A stretch of 64,000 nucleotides of DNA, from contig JAWXCN010000035.1 of the NCBI GenBank assembly GCA_034408725.1, positions 1,002 to 65,001 on the forward strand, read 5' to 3'. How positions within the stretch are numbered: the stretch's first letter is position 1; each line of letters begins with the position of its first letter. This DNA is from Candidatus Hydrogenedentota bacterium (GTDB lineage: Bacteria; Hydrogenedentota; Hydrogenedentia; Hydrogenedentales; SLHB01). Shown here piece by piece: positions 21,072 through 32,837 of the stretch. Under the pieces are notes generated by a model. That model was not told the DNA's origin. It saw only the letters and a program-made list of their open reading frames with translations, and ran no database searches. Position numbers and translations under genes: made by a program.

Positions 21072-22493
21072 GTGCGAACATTCGTTATGACCATGACTCT
21101 ATTGTGCGTGGCGGCACTGGGACAAGAAACGCCCAAGGAATTTCGCGCGGGTGCGGCAACCGCCAACATTACGCCGTGGCTGGGCGTGTCCATCTCCGGC
21201 GGTATGTCAGACCGGACTGCGGCGCACATTCACGATGAACTTCACGTCCGATGCCTGGTCTTGGACGACGGGACGGCGAAGATTGTAATCGCGACAGTGG
21301 ATAGCTGCATGGTGCCGCGCGAAATTGTTTTGGACGCGAAACAGCGCATCGCCGATAGCCTCGCCATTCCCGCGGACCACGTGTTGATTTCCGCCACGCA
21401 CACGCACGAAGCCCCTTGCGCATCGCCGGTATTTCAAAGTGATCCGGACCCGGACTATCAGAAATATCTCTCCGTGAAGATCGCCGACGGCGTCCGGTGC
21501 GCCGCGAACAATCTCGCGCCCGCGAAAATAGCGTGGGGCGCGGCCAGCGTCCCAGACCAGGTGTTCAACCGCCGCTGGAAAATGAAAGAGGGTACTATCG
21601 GCGCCAATCCGTTTGGCGTAATCGACAATGTTGTCATGAATCCGCCGCGGGCCAGCGAGAATCTCGTCGAACCCTCCGGCCCAACCGATCCGGAAGTCCG
21701 GTTTATTTTTGTAAAGTCTGCCGATGAACGTCCAATCGCACTGTTCGCCAACTACTCGCTCCACTACGTCGGCGGAGAGGGTCCGGGCCATATTTCAGCC
21801 GACTACTTCGGCATGTTCGCGGACCGTATTCAGGAACTCCTCGGCGCGGATAGACGCGATCCGCCATTTGTTGGCGCAATGACCAACGGCACGAGTGGGA
21901 ACATAAACAACGTCAATTTCGCGATACCAGCCGAGGAGAAGCAGCCTTATGAGCAAATGCGGCATGTCGCCGATGCCGTGGCTTCGGAAGTGTTCAGAGC
22001 CACGCGCAGTGTCGAATGGCACGATCACATTTCGCTCGACGCGGCAAGCCAGGAATTAAACCTGGGTGTCCGCAAACCCTCGCCGGAAGAAATCGATGTC
22101 GCGAAGGAAATCGTGCGAAAAGCCGAAGGCCGCGCAATGAAAACGCTTCCCGAAATCTACGCTCGTGAGACGGTCCTCCTCGCGGAGTATCCCGACACGG
22201 TTCCGGTGATGGTTCAGGCGTTGCGCATTGGTTCGCTTGGCGTCGTGGCGATTCCGTGCGAGGTGTTCGTCGAGATAGGGTTGGCGATCAAGGCGGATTC
22301 CGCGCTGAAACCGGCGTTCACCATCGAACTCGCGAATGGATACAATGGCTACTTGCCTACCGTTGCGCACCATGAACTCGGGGGGTACGAAACCTGGCGT
22401 GCGCGTTCGTCGTATCTTGAAGTGGGAGCCGCGGACAAGGTTCAGGCGACTGCACTTGAGTTGCTGGCGCAATTGCACGGACGCGCGAAATAG
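21072..22493 (+). CDS. Neutral/alkaline ceramidase-like hydrolase
   Basis: ATHTH, ISADY, ELANGYNGYLPT, GGYE. Confidence 0.85.
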   Translation: MRTFVMTMTLLCVAALGQETPKEFRAGAATANITPWLGVSISGGMSDRTAAHIHDELHVRCLVLDDGTAKIVIATVDSCMVPREIVLDAKQRIADSLAIPADHVLISATHTHEAPCASPVFQSDPDPDYQKYLSVKIADGVRCAANNLAPAKIAWGAASVPDQVFNRRWKMKEGTIGANPFGVIDNVVMNPPRASENLVEPSGPTDPEVRFIFVKSADERPIALFANYSLHYVGGEGPGHISADYFGMFADRIQELLGADRRDPPFVGAMTNGTSGNINNVNFAIPAEEKQPYEQMRHVADAVASEVFRATRSVEWHDHISLDAASQELNLGVRKPSPEEIDVAKEIVRKAEGRAMKTLPEIYARETVLLAEYPDTVPVMVQALRIGSLGVVAIPCEVFVEIGLAIKADSALKPAFTIELANGYNGYLPTVAHHELGGYETWRARSSYLEVGAADKVQATALELLAQLHGRAK

Positions 22494-22526
22494 GGCGGCA
22501 TTGGACTAATAGGACGTATACGACAC

Positions 22527-24839
22527 ATGGAACGTTTTGGACTTCGGGTGGTGGTCTGTCTGTTTGTGGTGAACTCCGTTGCCGATGCGGAAACGCTCGC
22601 GGAATTGGGCGCGCGCCTTGGGCAGGAGACCCATGCGGCCTATGACGCATCGCCCTTCTTCGGACTCTCCAAGGACTACTTCAGCCGGTTCAGCGTTGAA
22701 CCGGAAGCCAAACCGGGCGAGAACGAGTTTCTCTTGGAGGGTGACTGGTCCATTGTTGTTGAAGCAAAAGACGCGCCCATTGCAACGCTGATGGCCGGAC
22801 ATCTGGTCGAATTTCTAAAAGGCCGCATGAACGTCAACGCGACCGTCGGGAAGTCCGGTGGGCAAAACATCGTACTCACGGACTCCGGCGACGAAGCAAA
22901 CGCCCCCGCAAGTTTCACGCTGGACATCACGCCGGGCCAAATCGCCATTCGCGGCGCGGACGCCGAAGGCCTGAGGGACGGTGTCGTAAAGCTGGTTTCA
23001 CTAATTGGCATGCGGCAAGCGCCGATTGTCGCCGTTGGAAAACAGAATTATAAGCCACGTTTGCGCGTGCGCCTCGGCACGACGCCGTGGGGAGGCAAGA
23101 CCCGCGACCTCGTGTTCATGGGCTACAACGCCATGTTCACCGGTGGTGGCGAAATGTATTCATTGTCCACCAGCGAGGCGATTCCCGAGCTCGCCGCGCG
23201 GCGCGGACCCGGCGCGAGAGAGGCCATGGCCGCGTCTGTAGCGGAAGCCGCGAAGTACAAATTGAGGACCTATGCATTTGTTTCAACCCGCTCCAAATTC
23301 CCCGAGAACGATCCCATCTTTAAGCGCGATCCAAGCATCCGCGGAGCGCGCACCTGGACAGCCGATGGCGAATTTGTGTTGTGTACCGAACATCCCGACG
23401 TGCGCCGGTTTCTCACCGACACCGTCACCGAAATTTTTACCGCCGCGCCCACGCTCGACGGAATCACCCTGATCATCGGCGGCGAAGGATTCTACCATTG
23501 CTTCATGCGGTCCTTCGGCACGGAAAAAGGCCACACCAACTGTCCGCGCTGCGAAGCCCTTGGCGCGGACACGGTCGTGTCGAACCTGTGCAACGCCCTT
23601 GCCGAAGCTGCGCGCGCGGTGAATCCAAAAGCCGAAGTCATCGCATGGCCGTATTCCGCGGAACACGTCTGGACAAATGACAAAGCCCAGGCCGGGTTTA
23701 TCGCAAAACTAAAACCTGGCACGGCCATATTCACCGAAATGGAGAAGGACGAGTATGTCGCGAAACCCGGCGGGGTGAACAAGCATCTCTGGGACTACAG
23801 CATCGACATGATTGGCCCTGGCGAACGCGCGAAGAAGCAGATCGAGTCGTGCCGCAAAGCCGGTATTCCTATTTATATGAAAAGCGAACCCGAACTCGGC
23901 TTCGAGGCCCCTCGCCTCTCGCACATTCCGTGCATGGACCGGTGGATCGACCGCGCGGAAGCATTGGCCTCTTGCGGAGCGGACGGCGCCTGGGTGTTCC
24001 CCGCGTTCCGCCCTTGCTACGGCACAACACCCGCCGAGGCGAATCAGCTTGTTTGGTGGACCCCGGCGCCATCGAAGGACGATACGCTGGATGCGCTCGC
24101 ATCGCGCGTAGCAGGAAAAAAAGCAGGCCCGAACCTGCGCAAGGCATGGCGCCATGTATCCGAGGCCATCCCATTTTCACCAGAACTGCCGCCGTACTAC
24201 ACAGGCCCATACTACCTCGGTCCCGCGCACCCCATGTGCGTCGATCCCGATGCCGAATTGCCGAAAGTCTTTTATGGCCAATACCTGTTTCTCGCCGAGA
24301 TGACCGATGCCGAAGGATTGCCCGCGCGCCCGACGTTCTTTACGTCGCCGCGCGGCGATGTGCCGGTTTTTCTGAAAATGTACCGCGAGATGGAACGCCT
24401 CTTGAAGTTGGCGGTGGACGAAATCGAAACCGCCGCGCCAGACGTTCCTGATCGGTGCGCGCTGATGTTCAAGTCCGACGCATCGGCTATCCAGTGGTTC
24501 TACCGCACGGCGCGCAGCCACGCGAATTTTTATGAATCGTGCCAGTTGCGGGACAGTCTCAGGGCGCTTGCGGCCAACCCTGGGAAAACTTCCGGAGACA
24601 TTGTCGCGGCGAAAGCGCAATTCCAGCGTTGGCAAGAGGTGTTGACCAACGAAAAAACAAACACCGAGGCTGCACTACCCGTCATGGAGGCGGATGTGCG
24701 GTTGGACTGGTATTACGGGAGCGACCACACATTCCCGCACGGGGCGGAAATGCTGCGCGAGAAGATGCGCCTATTGGATAACGAGATCGGCGAAACCGTA
24801 CCCGCGCTGGCGAAAGAGATTGGCGTCACGCAACCGTAG
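22527..24839 (+). CDS. Secreted hypothetical protein, probable glycoside-hydrolase-like
   Basis: Signal peptide; N-terminal GH20/GH67-like domain (SFTLDITPGQIAIRGADAEGL); CPRC; 770 aa. Confidence 0.6.
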   Translation: MERFGLRVVVCLFVVNSVADAETLAELGARLGQETHAAYDASPFFGLSKDYFSRFSVEPEAKPGENEFLLEGDWSIVVEAKDAPIATLMAGHLVEFLKGRMNVNATVGKSGGQNIVLTDSGDEANAPASFTLDITPGQIAIRGADAEGLRDGVVKLVSLIGMRQAPIVAVGKQNYKPRLRVRLGTTPWGGKTRDLVFMGYNAMFTGGGEMYSLSTSEAIPELAARRGPGAREAMAASVAEAAKYKLRTYAFVSTRSKFPENDPIFKRDPSIRGARTWTADGEFVLCTEHPDVRRFLTDTVTEIFTAAPTLDGITLIIGGEGFYHCFMRSFGTEKGHTNCPRCEALGADTVVSNLCNALAEAARAVNPKAEVIAWPYSAEHVWTNDKAQAGFIAKLKPGTAIFTEMEKDEYVAKPGGVNKHLWDYSIDMIGPGERAKKQIESCRKAGIPIYMKSEPELGFEAPRLSHIPCMDRWIDRAEALASCGADGAWVFPAFRPCYGTTPAEANQLVWWTPAPSKDDTLDALASRVAGKKAGPNLRKAWRHVSEAIPFSPELPPYYTGPYYLGPAHPMCVDPDAELPKVFYGQYLFLAEMTDAEGLPARPTFFTSPRGDVPVFLKMYREMERLLKLAVDEIETAAPDVPDRCALMFKSDASAIQWFYRTARSHANFYESCQLRDSLRALAANPGKTSGDIVAAKAQFQRWQEVLTNEKTNTEAALPVMEADVRLDWYYGSDHTFPHGAEMLREKMRLLDNEIGETVPALAKEIGVTQP

Positions 24840-24916
24840 CGGCGCAATCACTTGTTGTGTCCGCCACGAATGCCTACAATACGCGCCATTAATCCGTATG
24901 GTGCGTCGAGGATAAT

Positions 24917-25360
24917 ATGCGAATAGCTGTGGGCAGTGATCACGCGGGCTACGAAGAGCCGCAACCCTTTTATAAACCGGCGATAACGAAACATCTTCAA
25001 TCGCTGGGACACGAAGTAATTGACTGCGGCACAACTGGGCCGGACTCGGTCGACTATCCCGACTTCGCGGATGCAGTTGCCAACGCCGTTCTTGATGGCA
25101 GCGCTGAATTCGGCGTGTTGATTTGCGGGACTGGCATCGGCATTTGCATGGCCGCCAACCGGCACAAGGGCATTCGCGGCGCGCCGGTCATGTCCGAAGA
25201 AGGCGCGCGCCTGAGCCGCACCCATAACAACGCAAACATTATCTGTTTCGGCCGGCGACTGCTTCCTTTGGACGAGTGCATCCACCTGCTCGACATCTGG
25301 CTCGATACCCCCTACAGCCATCATCCCCGCCATGATCGCCGCATTGCCAAGCTGGATTAA
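24917..25360 (+). CDS. rpiB: Ribose-5-phosphate isomerase B
   Basis: GSDHAG, DYPD, ICGTGIG, HNNAN. Confidence 0.95.
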   Translation: MRIAVGSDHAGYEEPQPFYKPAITKHLQSLGHEVIDCGTTGPDSVDYPDFADAVANAVLDGSAEFGVLICGTGIGICMAANRHKGIRGAPVMSEEGARLSRTHNNANIICFGRRLLPLDECIHLLDIWLDTPYSHHPRHDRRIAKLD

Positions 25361-25420
25361 GCCTTTACGCTAGAGGGCGAAAGTTCTTTCAAAACGGCTG
25401 CCCTAATCATTGGAGTACCC

Positions 25421-26809
25421 ATGAGTGTCCTGACACCGCGTCAAATCGTCGAAGAACTCGACAAATACATCATCGGCCAGCACGAAGCCAAGCGAAAAGT
25501 CGCCATTGCGCTGCGCAACCGCTGGCGGCGCCAGCAGCTTGCGGACAACCTGCGCGATGAAGTGTCTCCCAAAAATATCATCATGATCGGCCCGACCGGC
25601 GTTGGGAAAACGGAGATCGCGCGGCGGCTTTCCAAACTCGCGGACGCGCCCTTTATCAAGGTCGAAGCCTCGAAATTCACGGAAGTGGGGTACGTTGGAC
25701 GCGACTGCGAATCGATGATTCGTGAGTTGACCGAAGTCGCCGTGAGCATGGTGCGCGCGGAAATTACGAAAGAAGTCGAAGCCGCCGCGAAGACAGCGAC
25801 GGAACGCCGGCTGATGGATTTGCTGTTGCCGCCAAAAGATCGGCCGCAGTACGTGTTTCGGCCCGGCGACCCGAATGCGGGCGATGAAGGTCCCGCGCCA
25901 ACGGCGCCGGCAGACGATGGCGAAGCGCGCACACGCGCTTTTCTGCTGGCGAAATTGCAAGCCGGCGAACTCGACGACCGCGAGCTGGAACTCGACGTTC
26001 GCGACACCGGCAAGACCTCGATGATGCAGGTATTCTCGAACACCGGCCTCGAAGAAATGGGGTTGAACGTGCAGGAAATGTTCGGGCGCATGATGCCCCA
26101 ACGCACGAAGCGCCGTAAGACAACCGTAGCGGAAGCGCGCAGAATTCTCGAAGCCGAAGAAGTCGAAAACCTGATTGATATGGATGTCGTCGTGAAACGG
26201 GCCGTGCAACGCACGGAAAATGGCGGAATCGTGTTTCTCGACGAGATCGACAAGATAGCGGGGCGCGGGTCGCGCGGAAGTGGTCCGGACGTATCACGCG
26301 AAGGCGTGCAACGCGATATCCTGCCTATCGTCGAAGGCAGCACGGTCACCACGAAATACGGCCCGGTGAAAACCGATCACATTCTGTTCATTGCGGCAGG
26401 CGCGTTCCACATGACGAAAGTTTCAGACCTGATACCGGAATTGCAGGGCCGTTTCCCCATTCGCGTGGAACTGCAAAGCCTGAAGGCCGAGGACTTCGAA
26501 CGCATCCTCAGCGAGCCGAAGAATTCGCTCACGAAGCAGTACCAGGCAATGCTTGCGACCGAAGGCGTAACCCTCGAGTTTACCCCGGCCGCGATCACCG
26601 CGATGGCGCGCATCGCGCAACAGGTAAACGAACAAACTGAAAATATCGGCGCGCGACGGCTCCATACAGTGATGGAGTTCTTGTTGGAAGACATATCATT
26701 CGACGCGCCCAACTCTTCCGGCACGTCGTTGACGCTGGATGGTCCTGATGTGGAGCAGCGTCTAAAACTGATCATGGAAAGCCGTGATCTTAGTAAATAC
26801 ATCCTGTAA
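25421..26809 (+). CDS. hslU: ATP-dependent protease ATPase subunit HslU
   Basis: [39 protein letters not shown]-terminal DLSKYIL. Confidence 0.97.
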   Translation: MSVLTPRQIVEELDKYIIGQHEAKRKVAIALRNRWRRQQLADNLRDEVSPKNIIMIGPTGVGKTEIARRLSKLADAPFIKVEASKFTEVGYVGRDCESMIRELTEVAVSMVRAEITKEVEAAAKTATERRLMDLLLPPKDRPQYVFRPGDPNAGDEGPAPTAPADDGEARTRAFLLAKLQAGELDDRELELDVRDTGKTSMMQVFSNTGLEEMGLNVQEMFGRMMPQRTKRRKTTVAEARRILEAEEVENLIDMDVVVKRAVQRTENGGIVFLDEIDKIAGRGSRGSGPDVSREGVQRDILPIVEGSTVTTKYGPVKTDHILFIAAGAFHMTKVSDLIPELQGRFPIRVELQSLKAEDFERILSEPKNSLTKQYQAMLATEGVTLEFTPAAITAMARIAQQVNEQTENIGARRLHTVMEFLLEDISFDAPNSSGTSLTLDGPDVEQRLKLIMESRDLSKYIL

Positions 26810-26838
26810 CGCGTCCAGACCGGACCAAGGGTCGCCAG

Positions 26839-27543
26839 ATGCTGTGGTTTAACTCGCTTCATGAGCAAGGCGCATCCATTGCCGTAATGTCCGATCTCTC
26901 CGATGGCGACTGCCGATTGTCCACGGATGAGGGCGCCGCCGCGCGCCAACGGTTTTGCGAGGCCTGTGGCGTGGCCTTTGAACATGTAACCGTTGGCAAC
27001 CAAGTGCATGGGTCACGCATCGCGGTCGTGGAAGCCACGGACCGCGGACGTGGCCATCACGGCTCGCGCCCTGCGTTTGCCGACACGGATGGGTTGATTA
27101 CTGACGTCACGGGGTTGCCACTTGGAATCAGCGTTGCGGATTGCGTCCCCGTATTTCTCCTGGATTCTAAACGGCGCGCCATTGGCCTAGTACATGCCGG
27201 GCGTGCCGGTACACAGCACGCGATTGCCGCGACGGCGGTCGACGCCATGCGCGAGGCGTTCGCCACGAATCCAGAAAACCTACACGCGGTGATCGGACCG
27301 TCGGCGGGTCCAGACGTATACGAAGTGTCTGAAGAAATCGCCGCGGAGTTTGCCGCCGCGGGGTGTCCTGTGCGGGGTTGTATGCTTGATTTGTGGGAAG
27401 CCAATGCGCGGCAGTTGATTGCATGCGGAGTTCCGCGAACCAACATTGCGATAACCGGAGTATGTACGATTACGGGCGGACGATTTCATTCGCATCGGGC
27501 GCACGCAAACGGGGCGCGAAATCTTGCCTTGTTGATGCTGTAG
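26839..27543 (+). CDS. pgeF: YfiH/PgeF family purine nucleoside phosphorylase (laccase domain)
   Basis: QVHG, DGLIT, ADCVPV, HAG, FHSHR. Confidence 0.9.
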   Translation: MLWFNSLHEQGASIAVMSDLSDGDCRLSTDEGAAARQRFCEACGVAFEHVTVGNQVHGSRIAVVEATDRGRGHHGSRPAFADTDGLITDVTGLPLGISVADCVPVFLLDSKRRAIGLVHAGRAGTQHAIAATAVDAMREAFATNPENLHAVIGPSAGPDVYEVSEEIAAEFAAAGCPVRGCMLDLWEANARQLIACGVPRTNIAITGVCTITGGRFHSHRAHANGARNLALLML

Positions 27544-27621
27544 CAAAGACATTTCGTGGGTATATTGTTGACTTTTATGCCCATATTGTAAAAACTTTAG
27601 CCTCCCATTCCCCACCCAGTG

Positions 27622-27651
27622 TTGCACCGTGCTCTCCTTCTATGCTAAGCT
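27622..27651 (+). promoter_or_regulatory. Putative sigma70 promoter of the rimP operon
   Basis: TTGCAC-N18-TAAGCT with TG extension. Confidence 0.4.
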
Positions 27652-27679
27652 ACCCCTTGCAATTGCGCGTACTTGACGT

Positions 27680-27706
27680 AAGAGTGGGTCGAGACCCACT
27701 CTTTTT
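27680..27706 (+). promoter_or_regulatory. rimP leader hairpin
   Basis: AAGAGTGGGT-CGAG-ACCCACTCTT plus T run about 30 nt before rimP; this type of hairpin is common ahead of rimP-nusA. Confidence 0.75.
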
Positions 27707-27736
27707 ACTTGTGGGCATCTGCCCAAGAGGTCAATC

Positions 27737-28192
27737 GTGACACCGCAAGAGGTGGTCCGGCGGGCCTGGCACGAGCTTGAGCCGCACCTGATAGAACAAG
27801 GGTTCGAACTGGTGGAGCTTGAATTCGCCAGCCAGGGCAGCCGTGGAATTTTGCGTCTATACGTTGACCGCCCAGGTGGCGTTACACTGGATGATTGCGT
27901 AGCGGTATCGCAGGTGCTTGGCCCCGTGCTTGACGCTTCGGAAATGCTGACCGACAGCTATTTTCTCGAGGTGTCATCGCCGGGGTTTGATCGTCCTGTG
28001 CGTAAACCCGGAGATTTCGAACGGTTCGCCGGGGAACGCGCCATTGTGAAAACGGTGGCGCCGGTAAGCGGGCGCAAGAAGTTCAAGGGCGTGTTGAAGG
28101 GATTCGCAGACGGCGCGGTTCGCGTCGAATGCGACGGCGTGGAATACGCAATTGCGATTGATAATGTACAACGGGCGAACCTGGACCGGTAA
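27737..28192 (+). CDS. rimP: Ribosome maturation factor RimP
   Basis: LRLYVD..GGVTLDDC, YFLEVSSPGFDRP; synteny. Confidence 0.96.
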   Translation: MTPQEVVRRAWHELEPHLIEQGFELVELEFASQGSRGILRLYVDRPGGVTLDDCVAVSQVLGPVLDASEMLTDSYFLEVSSPGFDRPVRKPGDFERFAGERAIVKTVAPVSGRKKFKGVLKGFADGAVRVECDGVEYAIAIDNVQRANLDR

Positions 28193-28215
28193 CGGTCGGG
28201 AGCGAGGTACTAGCC

Positions 28216-29370
28216 GTGGACGCGAAAGAGTTGAACCTGCAGGCGATATTGCAGCAGCTCCAGGCGGAAAAAAGTGTCGATCGCGCGACGCTTTTGGAAG
28301 CCATTCGCAGCGCGATCGAGACGGCGGCGCGCAAAAGCTTTGCGCCGACGGCGGTGATTGCAGTTGATATTGATCCCAAATCGCTTGCGTGGAAAGTATT
28401 TGAATTACGCGACGTGGTCGAGGAAATCACGGATGCCGCCAAGGAAATGACGCTGGACGAAGCGCAGCATCTTAACGCGGCGGCGCAAATCGGTGACACC
28501 CTGAAAGTACCCGCGGAGGCCAAAGATTTCGGGCGAATCGCGGCGCAGACGGCAAAACAGGTCATCATTCAAAAACTCAAGGATGCCGAGCGCGAAAACG
28601 TATACGACGAGTTTAAGAAACGCGAAGGCGAACTGGTCGCCGGCGTCGTCAAACGCGTAAGCCACGGCAACGTGATAGTGACGGTAGGAAAAGCCGAGGC
28701 GATTCTGCCGCAGGGCCAGCAGTCGGCCCGGGAAAACTTCAAACCGGGTGACCGCATTCGCGCCTATCTCTTCGAGGTCAAGAAAGATCAGCGCGGCACC
28801 CAGGTGGTGCTGTCGCGCACCTCCCCCGAACTGGTGCGCGCATTGTTTGATCTGGAAGTGCCGGAGATTTACGACGGCACCGTAGTGATTCGCGGCATTG
28901 CGCGCGAACCCGGCAGCCGCACCAAGATCGCGGTTTGGTCCACGGACCCGAATGTCGATCCCGTCGGCGCGTGCGTGGGCATGAAAGGCTCGCGCGTGCG
29001 CGCGGTAGTCGAGGAATTGTGCGGCGAGAAGATCGACATAGTCCGGTGGAGCGACGATCCCGTCGAGATGTGCGGAAATGCGCTGAACCCCGCCGACATT
29101 CTCGACATTACCGTTGACGAAGAAGCCAAGTCCATCATCGTCATCGTTCCGAACGATCAACTCTCGCTAGCGATTGGAAAGCGTGGTCAAAACGCCCGCC
29201 TCGCATCTCGCCTCATGGGGTGGAGCATTGACATTAAGAGTGATACGGAACTTTCGGGTGACGAAGGTGCCGACAGCGTTGCGAGTGCCGTTGCGACCGA
29301 TAGTGAAAGTGGCGGCGGCGTGGCCAGCGCGGTCGCATCGGACAGCGAAAAATTACGAGATGCGGAGTAG
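28216..29370 (+). CDS. nusA: Transcription termination factor NusA
   Basis: FGRIAAQTAKQVI, AREPGSRTK, DPVGACVG, AIGKRGQNARLA. Confidence 0.98.
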   Translation: MDAKELNLQAILQQLQAEKSVDRATLLEAIRSAIETAARKSFAPTAVIAVDIDPKSLAWKVFELRDVVEEITDAAKEMTLDEAQHLNAAAQIGDTLKVPAEAKDFGRIAAQTAKQVIIQKLKDAERENVYDEFKKREGELVAGVVKRVSHGNVIVTVGKAEAILPQGQQSARENFKPGDRIRAYLFEVKKDQRGTQVVLSRTSPELVRALFDLEVPEIYDGTVVIRGIAREPGSRTKIAVWSTDPNVDPVGACVGMKGSRVRAVVEELCGEKIDIVRWSDDPVEMCGNALNPADILDITVDEEAKSIIVIVPNDQLSLAIGKRGQNARLASRLMGWSIDIKSDTELSGDEGADSVASAVATDSESGGGVASAVASDSEKLRDAE

Positions 29371-29428
29371 GGCATTGGCGCCTCCGTTCGATAGAATTTA
29401 CGGACAGGGATTTCAGGAGTAGGACTGA

Positions 29429-32173
29429 ATGCAGACGGTTTCCAGCCTGTGCGATCGATTGAAGATGCCCCCCGATTGGGCGATCGAACGGCTGCACTAC
29501 ATGTTCATCGAGGTCGAAGGCCCGGAGGCGGCAATCGACGATGATACCTGCGACCTGCTAATCGAGGTCTCCGATGATCCCGGTGTGGCCGAGGACGTGC
29601 GCCAGAAAAAACTGGGCGATGTAGACAAGGAAAAGAAGAAAGAAGAAAAGCGGCGCGCAGCGGCCAAAAAAGGCGCGGAAACGCGCCGGGTCAAGGCCGC
29701 GACAACACAGAAAATAGAAAGCGAGAAAGCCGCGGCGGACGTTGCGCCGAAGGCCGCCCCGGTCGTCGAGATCGTGCGGGGCGATGGCGCCGGCGCCGGC
29801 GTGGTGCTGCCCGAAGTCAAAGTTGCTCCCGTTCCCAAGAAGCCCGTGGCCAAGCCTATACCTGCCCCCAAGAAGGTAGTGCCGGCAAAGCCCAAGGGGC
29901 CTGAAATTATCATCGGAAGCGCGGTCGAACGCGTCGAGCCGATGGTCGAAATCGTCCGCGCGGATGGAACGCACCTGAAGGTGGACGAAACCGCGGACGC
30001 CCAGATTCCTGATTTGCCTGTCATCGAAGAGGAAGAAGAAGAGATCAGTGACGTGCTCGCCGAAGCCGAGCAGATGCAGGAAGAGGAAGAGGAACGGAAG
30101 ATCAAGGCGGCGTCAAAGCCGCTTGCGAAGCCCGACCCCGCGGTAGTAGCGGAAGTACAGCGCAAAGCGGCCGAATTGACGGCAAAGCGGCTTGCGCAAA
30201 AACAGCAGGAAGCGCGCCGCGCCGGAACGGGCAAAACTGCGCGGAAAAAACAGAAACGCGCCGAGCGCCAGCGCGCCGCGGACACGATCCAACGCAATGC
30301 CGCGGTCGCGGTGAACCAATATCTTGCCAGCGGTCAGTTTGGCGCGGGGCCGCGTAAACGCAAGCGCAAAAAATATCGCGCGGACACGGGAGAATACGAG
30401 ATCGTAGAGGAACTTACCGACTCGAACGTCATCGAAGTCGAGGAAACGATGTCGGTCGAAGAGTTGGCCAATACGATGGGTATTGCGACGAACGATCTCA
30501 TATTGGACATGATGGATTTGAATATCCTGGCGACGAAAAACCAGGAGTTGACCATCGACGTAATCCGGAAGCTCGCGGAACCCAAGGGCTTTGAAGTGCA
30601 ATCGGTGATTCCGGAGGAGACTGACCTCCTCGTCGAAACGCCGGACAATCCCGAAGACCTGGTGCCGCGCTCACCGGTTATCACGGTCATGGGGCACGTC
30701 GACCACGGAAAGACGACGTTCCTGGATCGCGTGCGCAGCGCAAACGTGGCGGGCGGTGAAGCGGGCGGCATTACGCAGCATATCGCGGCGTACGATGTGC
30801 CCATCGGCAATGGCCGCGTCGTGTTTCTGGATACCCCCGGCCACGAGGCGTTTACGGCAATGCGCGCGCGTGGCGCCCAGTGTACCGATATTGTTGTGCT
30901 CGTCGTTGCCGCAGATGACGGCGTGATGCCGCAAACCGTCGAGGCCATCGACCACGCCAAGGCCGCTGAAGTTCCCATCGTGGTCGCCGTGAACAAGATC
31001 GATAAGCCCGACGCCCAGCCCGAACGCATCCGGCAGGAACTCGTGCGCTACGACTTGATGGATGAGGCGTGGGGCGGCAAAACGATTATCAAGGACATAT
31101 CCGCGAAGCAAAGCATCGGCGTGGACGAGTTGCTCGAATTGCTGGTCTTGCAGGCCGAAATGCTCGAACTCAAGGCGAACCCCAAAAAACCCGCGCGTGG
31201 TACCGTCATTGAATCCGAAATCTCGCGCGGACAGGGTCCAGTCGCATGGGTGTTGGTCCAGTCCGGAACGTTGCGTGTAGGCGACAACTTTCTTGCCGGT
31301 GAAACCTATGGGCGTGTGCGATCCATTCACACCGCCCGAGGTGAGAATGTTCCAGAAGCGGGTCCGTCAACACCCGTGGTTGTCACGGGATTCAGCGCGC
31401 CACCGGACGCGGGCGATACCTTCCTCGCCGTGGCGGATGAACGCACGGCGCGCGCAATCGCGGAAAAACGCTCAACCTATGCCAAACTTAAACAAGGCGC
31501 TGGTGTGCGCCGCGTAACCCTGGAAGATTTCCATGAGCACCTGCGTGAAGGCGAAAAGAACGTGCTCAACGTCGTGCTCAAGGCCGACGTACAGGGTTCG
31601 GTAAACGTATTTGAATCGAGCCTCGCGAAGGCAGGCACCGAAGAGGTGCAGGTGAAAATCGTCCACAGCGGCGTCGGTGGAATCAACGAATCGGACGTCA
31701 TGCTGGCGAGCGCAAGCAACGCGGTCATCATCGGGTTCCATGTGACGGCGAGTCCGAAGGCGCAAAAACTTGCCGAGCAGCAAGGCGTGGACGTCCGCTC
31801 CTACCGCATCATTTACGAAGCGATTCAAGAAGTCCGATTGGCACTCGAAGGAATGCTGGCGCCGGAATCCAAAGAGGTCGTTACGGGCCACGTGGAAATC
31901 CGCCAGGTGTTCCGTTCATCGGCGCTGGGCAATATCGCGGGCTGTTATGTGTTGGATGGCGAGATTTCGCGGACATCCCTGGTACGCTTGACGCGCGACG
32001 GCGTCGTCGTACACGAAGGCAAACTTGGTTCCTTGAAACGCCAGAAGGACGACGCAAAAACTGTCGCGACAGGCTTCGAATGCGGCATCAAGCTAGAGGG
32101 ATACGAGGACATTAAGCCAGGCGACGTAATCGAGTCGTACCGCATTGAGGCGGTCAAGCGCACGCTCGAATAG
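29429..32173 (+). CDS. infB: Translation initiation factor IF-2
   Basis: [35 protein letters not shown]. Confidence 0.98.
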   Translation: MQTVSSLCDRLKMPPDWAIERLHYMFIEVEGPEAAIDDDTCDLLIEVSDDPGVAEDVRQKKLGDVDKEKKKEEKRRAAAKKGAETRRVKAATTQKIESEKAAADVAPKAAPVVEIVRGDGAGAGVVLPEVKVAPVPKKPVAKPIPAPKKVVPAKPKGPEIIIGSAVERVEPMVEIVRADGTHLKVDETADAQIPDLPVIEEEEEEISDVLAEAEQMQEEEEERKIKAASKPLAKPDPAVVAEVQRKAAELTAKRLAQKQQEARRAGTGKTARKKQKRAERQRAADTIQRNAAVAVNQYLASGQFGAGPRKRKRKKYRADTGEYEIVEELTDSNVIEVEETMSVEELANTMGIATNDLILDMMDLNILATKNQELTIDVIRKLAEPKGFEVQSVIPEETDLLVETPDNPEDLVPRSPVITVMGHVDHGKTTFLDRVRSANVAGGEAGGITQHIAAYDVPIGNGRVVFLDTPGHEAFTAMRARGAQCTDIVVLVVAADDGVMPQTVEAIDHAKAAEVPIVVAVNKIDKPDAQPERIRQELVRYDLMDEAWGGKTIIKDISAKQSIGVDELLELLVLQAEMLELKANPKKPARGTVIESEISRGQGPVAWVLVQSGTLRVGDNFLAGETYGRVRSIHTARGENVPEAGPSTPVVVTGFSAPPDAGDTFLAVADERTARAIAEKRSTYAKLKQGAGVRRVTLEDFHEHLREGEKNVLNVVLKADVQGSVNVFESSLAKAGTEEVQVKIVHSGVGGINESDVMLASASNAVIIGFHVTASPKAQKLAEQQGVDVRSYRIIYEAIQEVRLALEGMLAPESKEVVTGHVEIRQVFRSSALGNIAGCYVLDGEISRTSLVRLTRDGVVVHEGKLGSLKRQKDDAKTVATGFECGIKLEGYEDIKPGDVIESYRIEAVKRTLE

Positions 32174-32184
32174 GGCCCGCGGCG

Positions 32185-32466
32185 ATGACGATCGGCCTGC
32201 TAAAGCTGGAATTGTCGATACCCGGTTCCCACTCGTTGAAGGACAAGCGCCACGTCATTAAAAGCCTGAAGGACCGCATCCGCAACAGGTATAATTGTTC
32301 CGTCGCGGAAGTCGGCGCAAAAGACCACTGGACCTATTGTCAACTCGCGGTGTGTATTGTCGGCGACGATAGCCGCTTCGTAAACACGCAGCTTAACGAA
32401 GTCGCGCGGTTCGCCGAGAACAACGCCAACGCCCTCGTCACCAACATAACGATTGAGATGATGTAA
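32185..32466 (+). CDS. DUF503 (YlxP) family protein
   Basis: SLKDKR..IKSL, SVAEV; position between infB and rbfA. Confidence 0.9.
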   Translation: MTIGLLKLELSIPGSHSLKDKRHVIKSLKDRIRNRYNCSVAEVGAKDHWTYCQLAVCIVGDDSRFVNTQLNEVARFAENNANALVTNITIEMM

Positions 32467-32837
32467 TGCCCCACGCACGATCCACCCGCGTCGCGGAAGA
32501 AATTCGCAAGCTCGTCGCCGAGTTGCTCATGAAAGGCGTAAAAGACCCGCGCATCGGGTTCGTCTCCGTAATGGAGGTCAAGATGTCGGCGGACCTCGCG
32601 TATGCGGACGTATACGTGAGCATGTTTGGAACGGAATCAGAAAAGAAAGGTTCGCTCGCGGGTCTGCGCAATTCCGCCGGCTGGATGCGCCGGGAACTGG
32701 GCAAAAAATTGCGGATGCGCGTGACTCCCGAACTTCGCTTCCGCGAAGACACCACGCTGGACGCCGCCTACCGGCTCGAAGAGAAGTTCAAGGAAATTCA
32801 CGCGGAAGACGAGGGCCATGAAAACACCGGCGGATAG
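32466..32837 (+). CDS. rbfA: Ribosome-binding factor A
   Basis: KDPRIG, SADL, RVTPELRF. Confidence 0.96.
   Translation: MPHARSTRVAEEIRKLVAELLMKGVKDPRIGFVSVMEVKMSADLAYADVYVSMFGTESEKKGSLAGLRNSAGWMRRELGKKLRMRVTPELRFREDTTLDAAYRLEEKFKEIHAEDEGHENTGG

Noticed and set aside
29272-29349. VASAVA(T/S)DSE duplication in the NusA tail
   Set aside because: Short low-complexity duplication in a variable tail; no evidence of function
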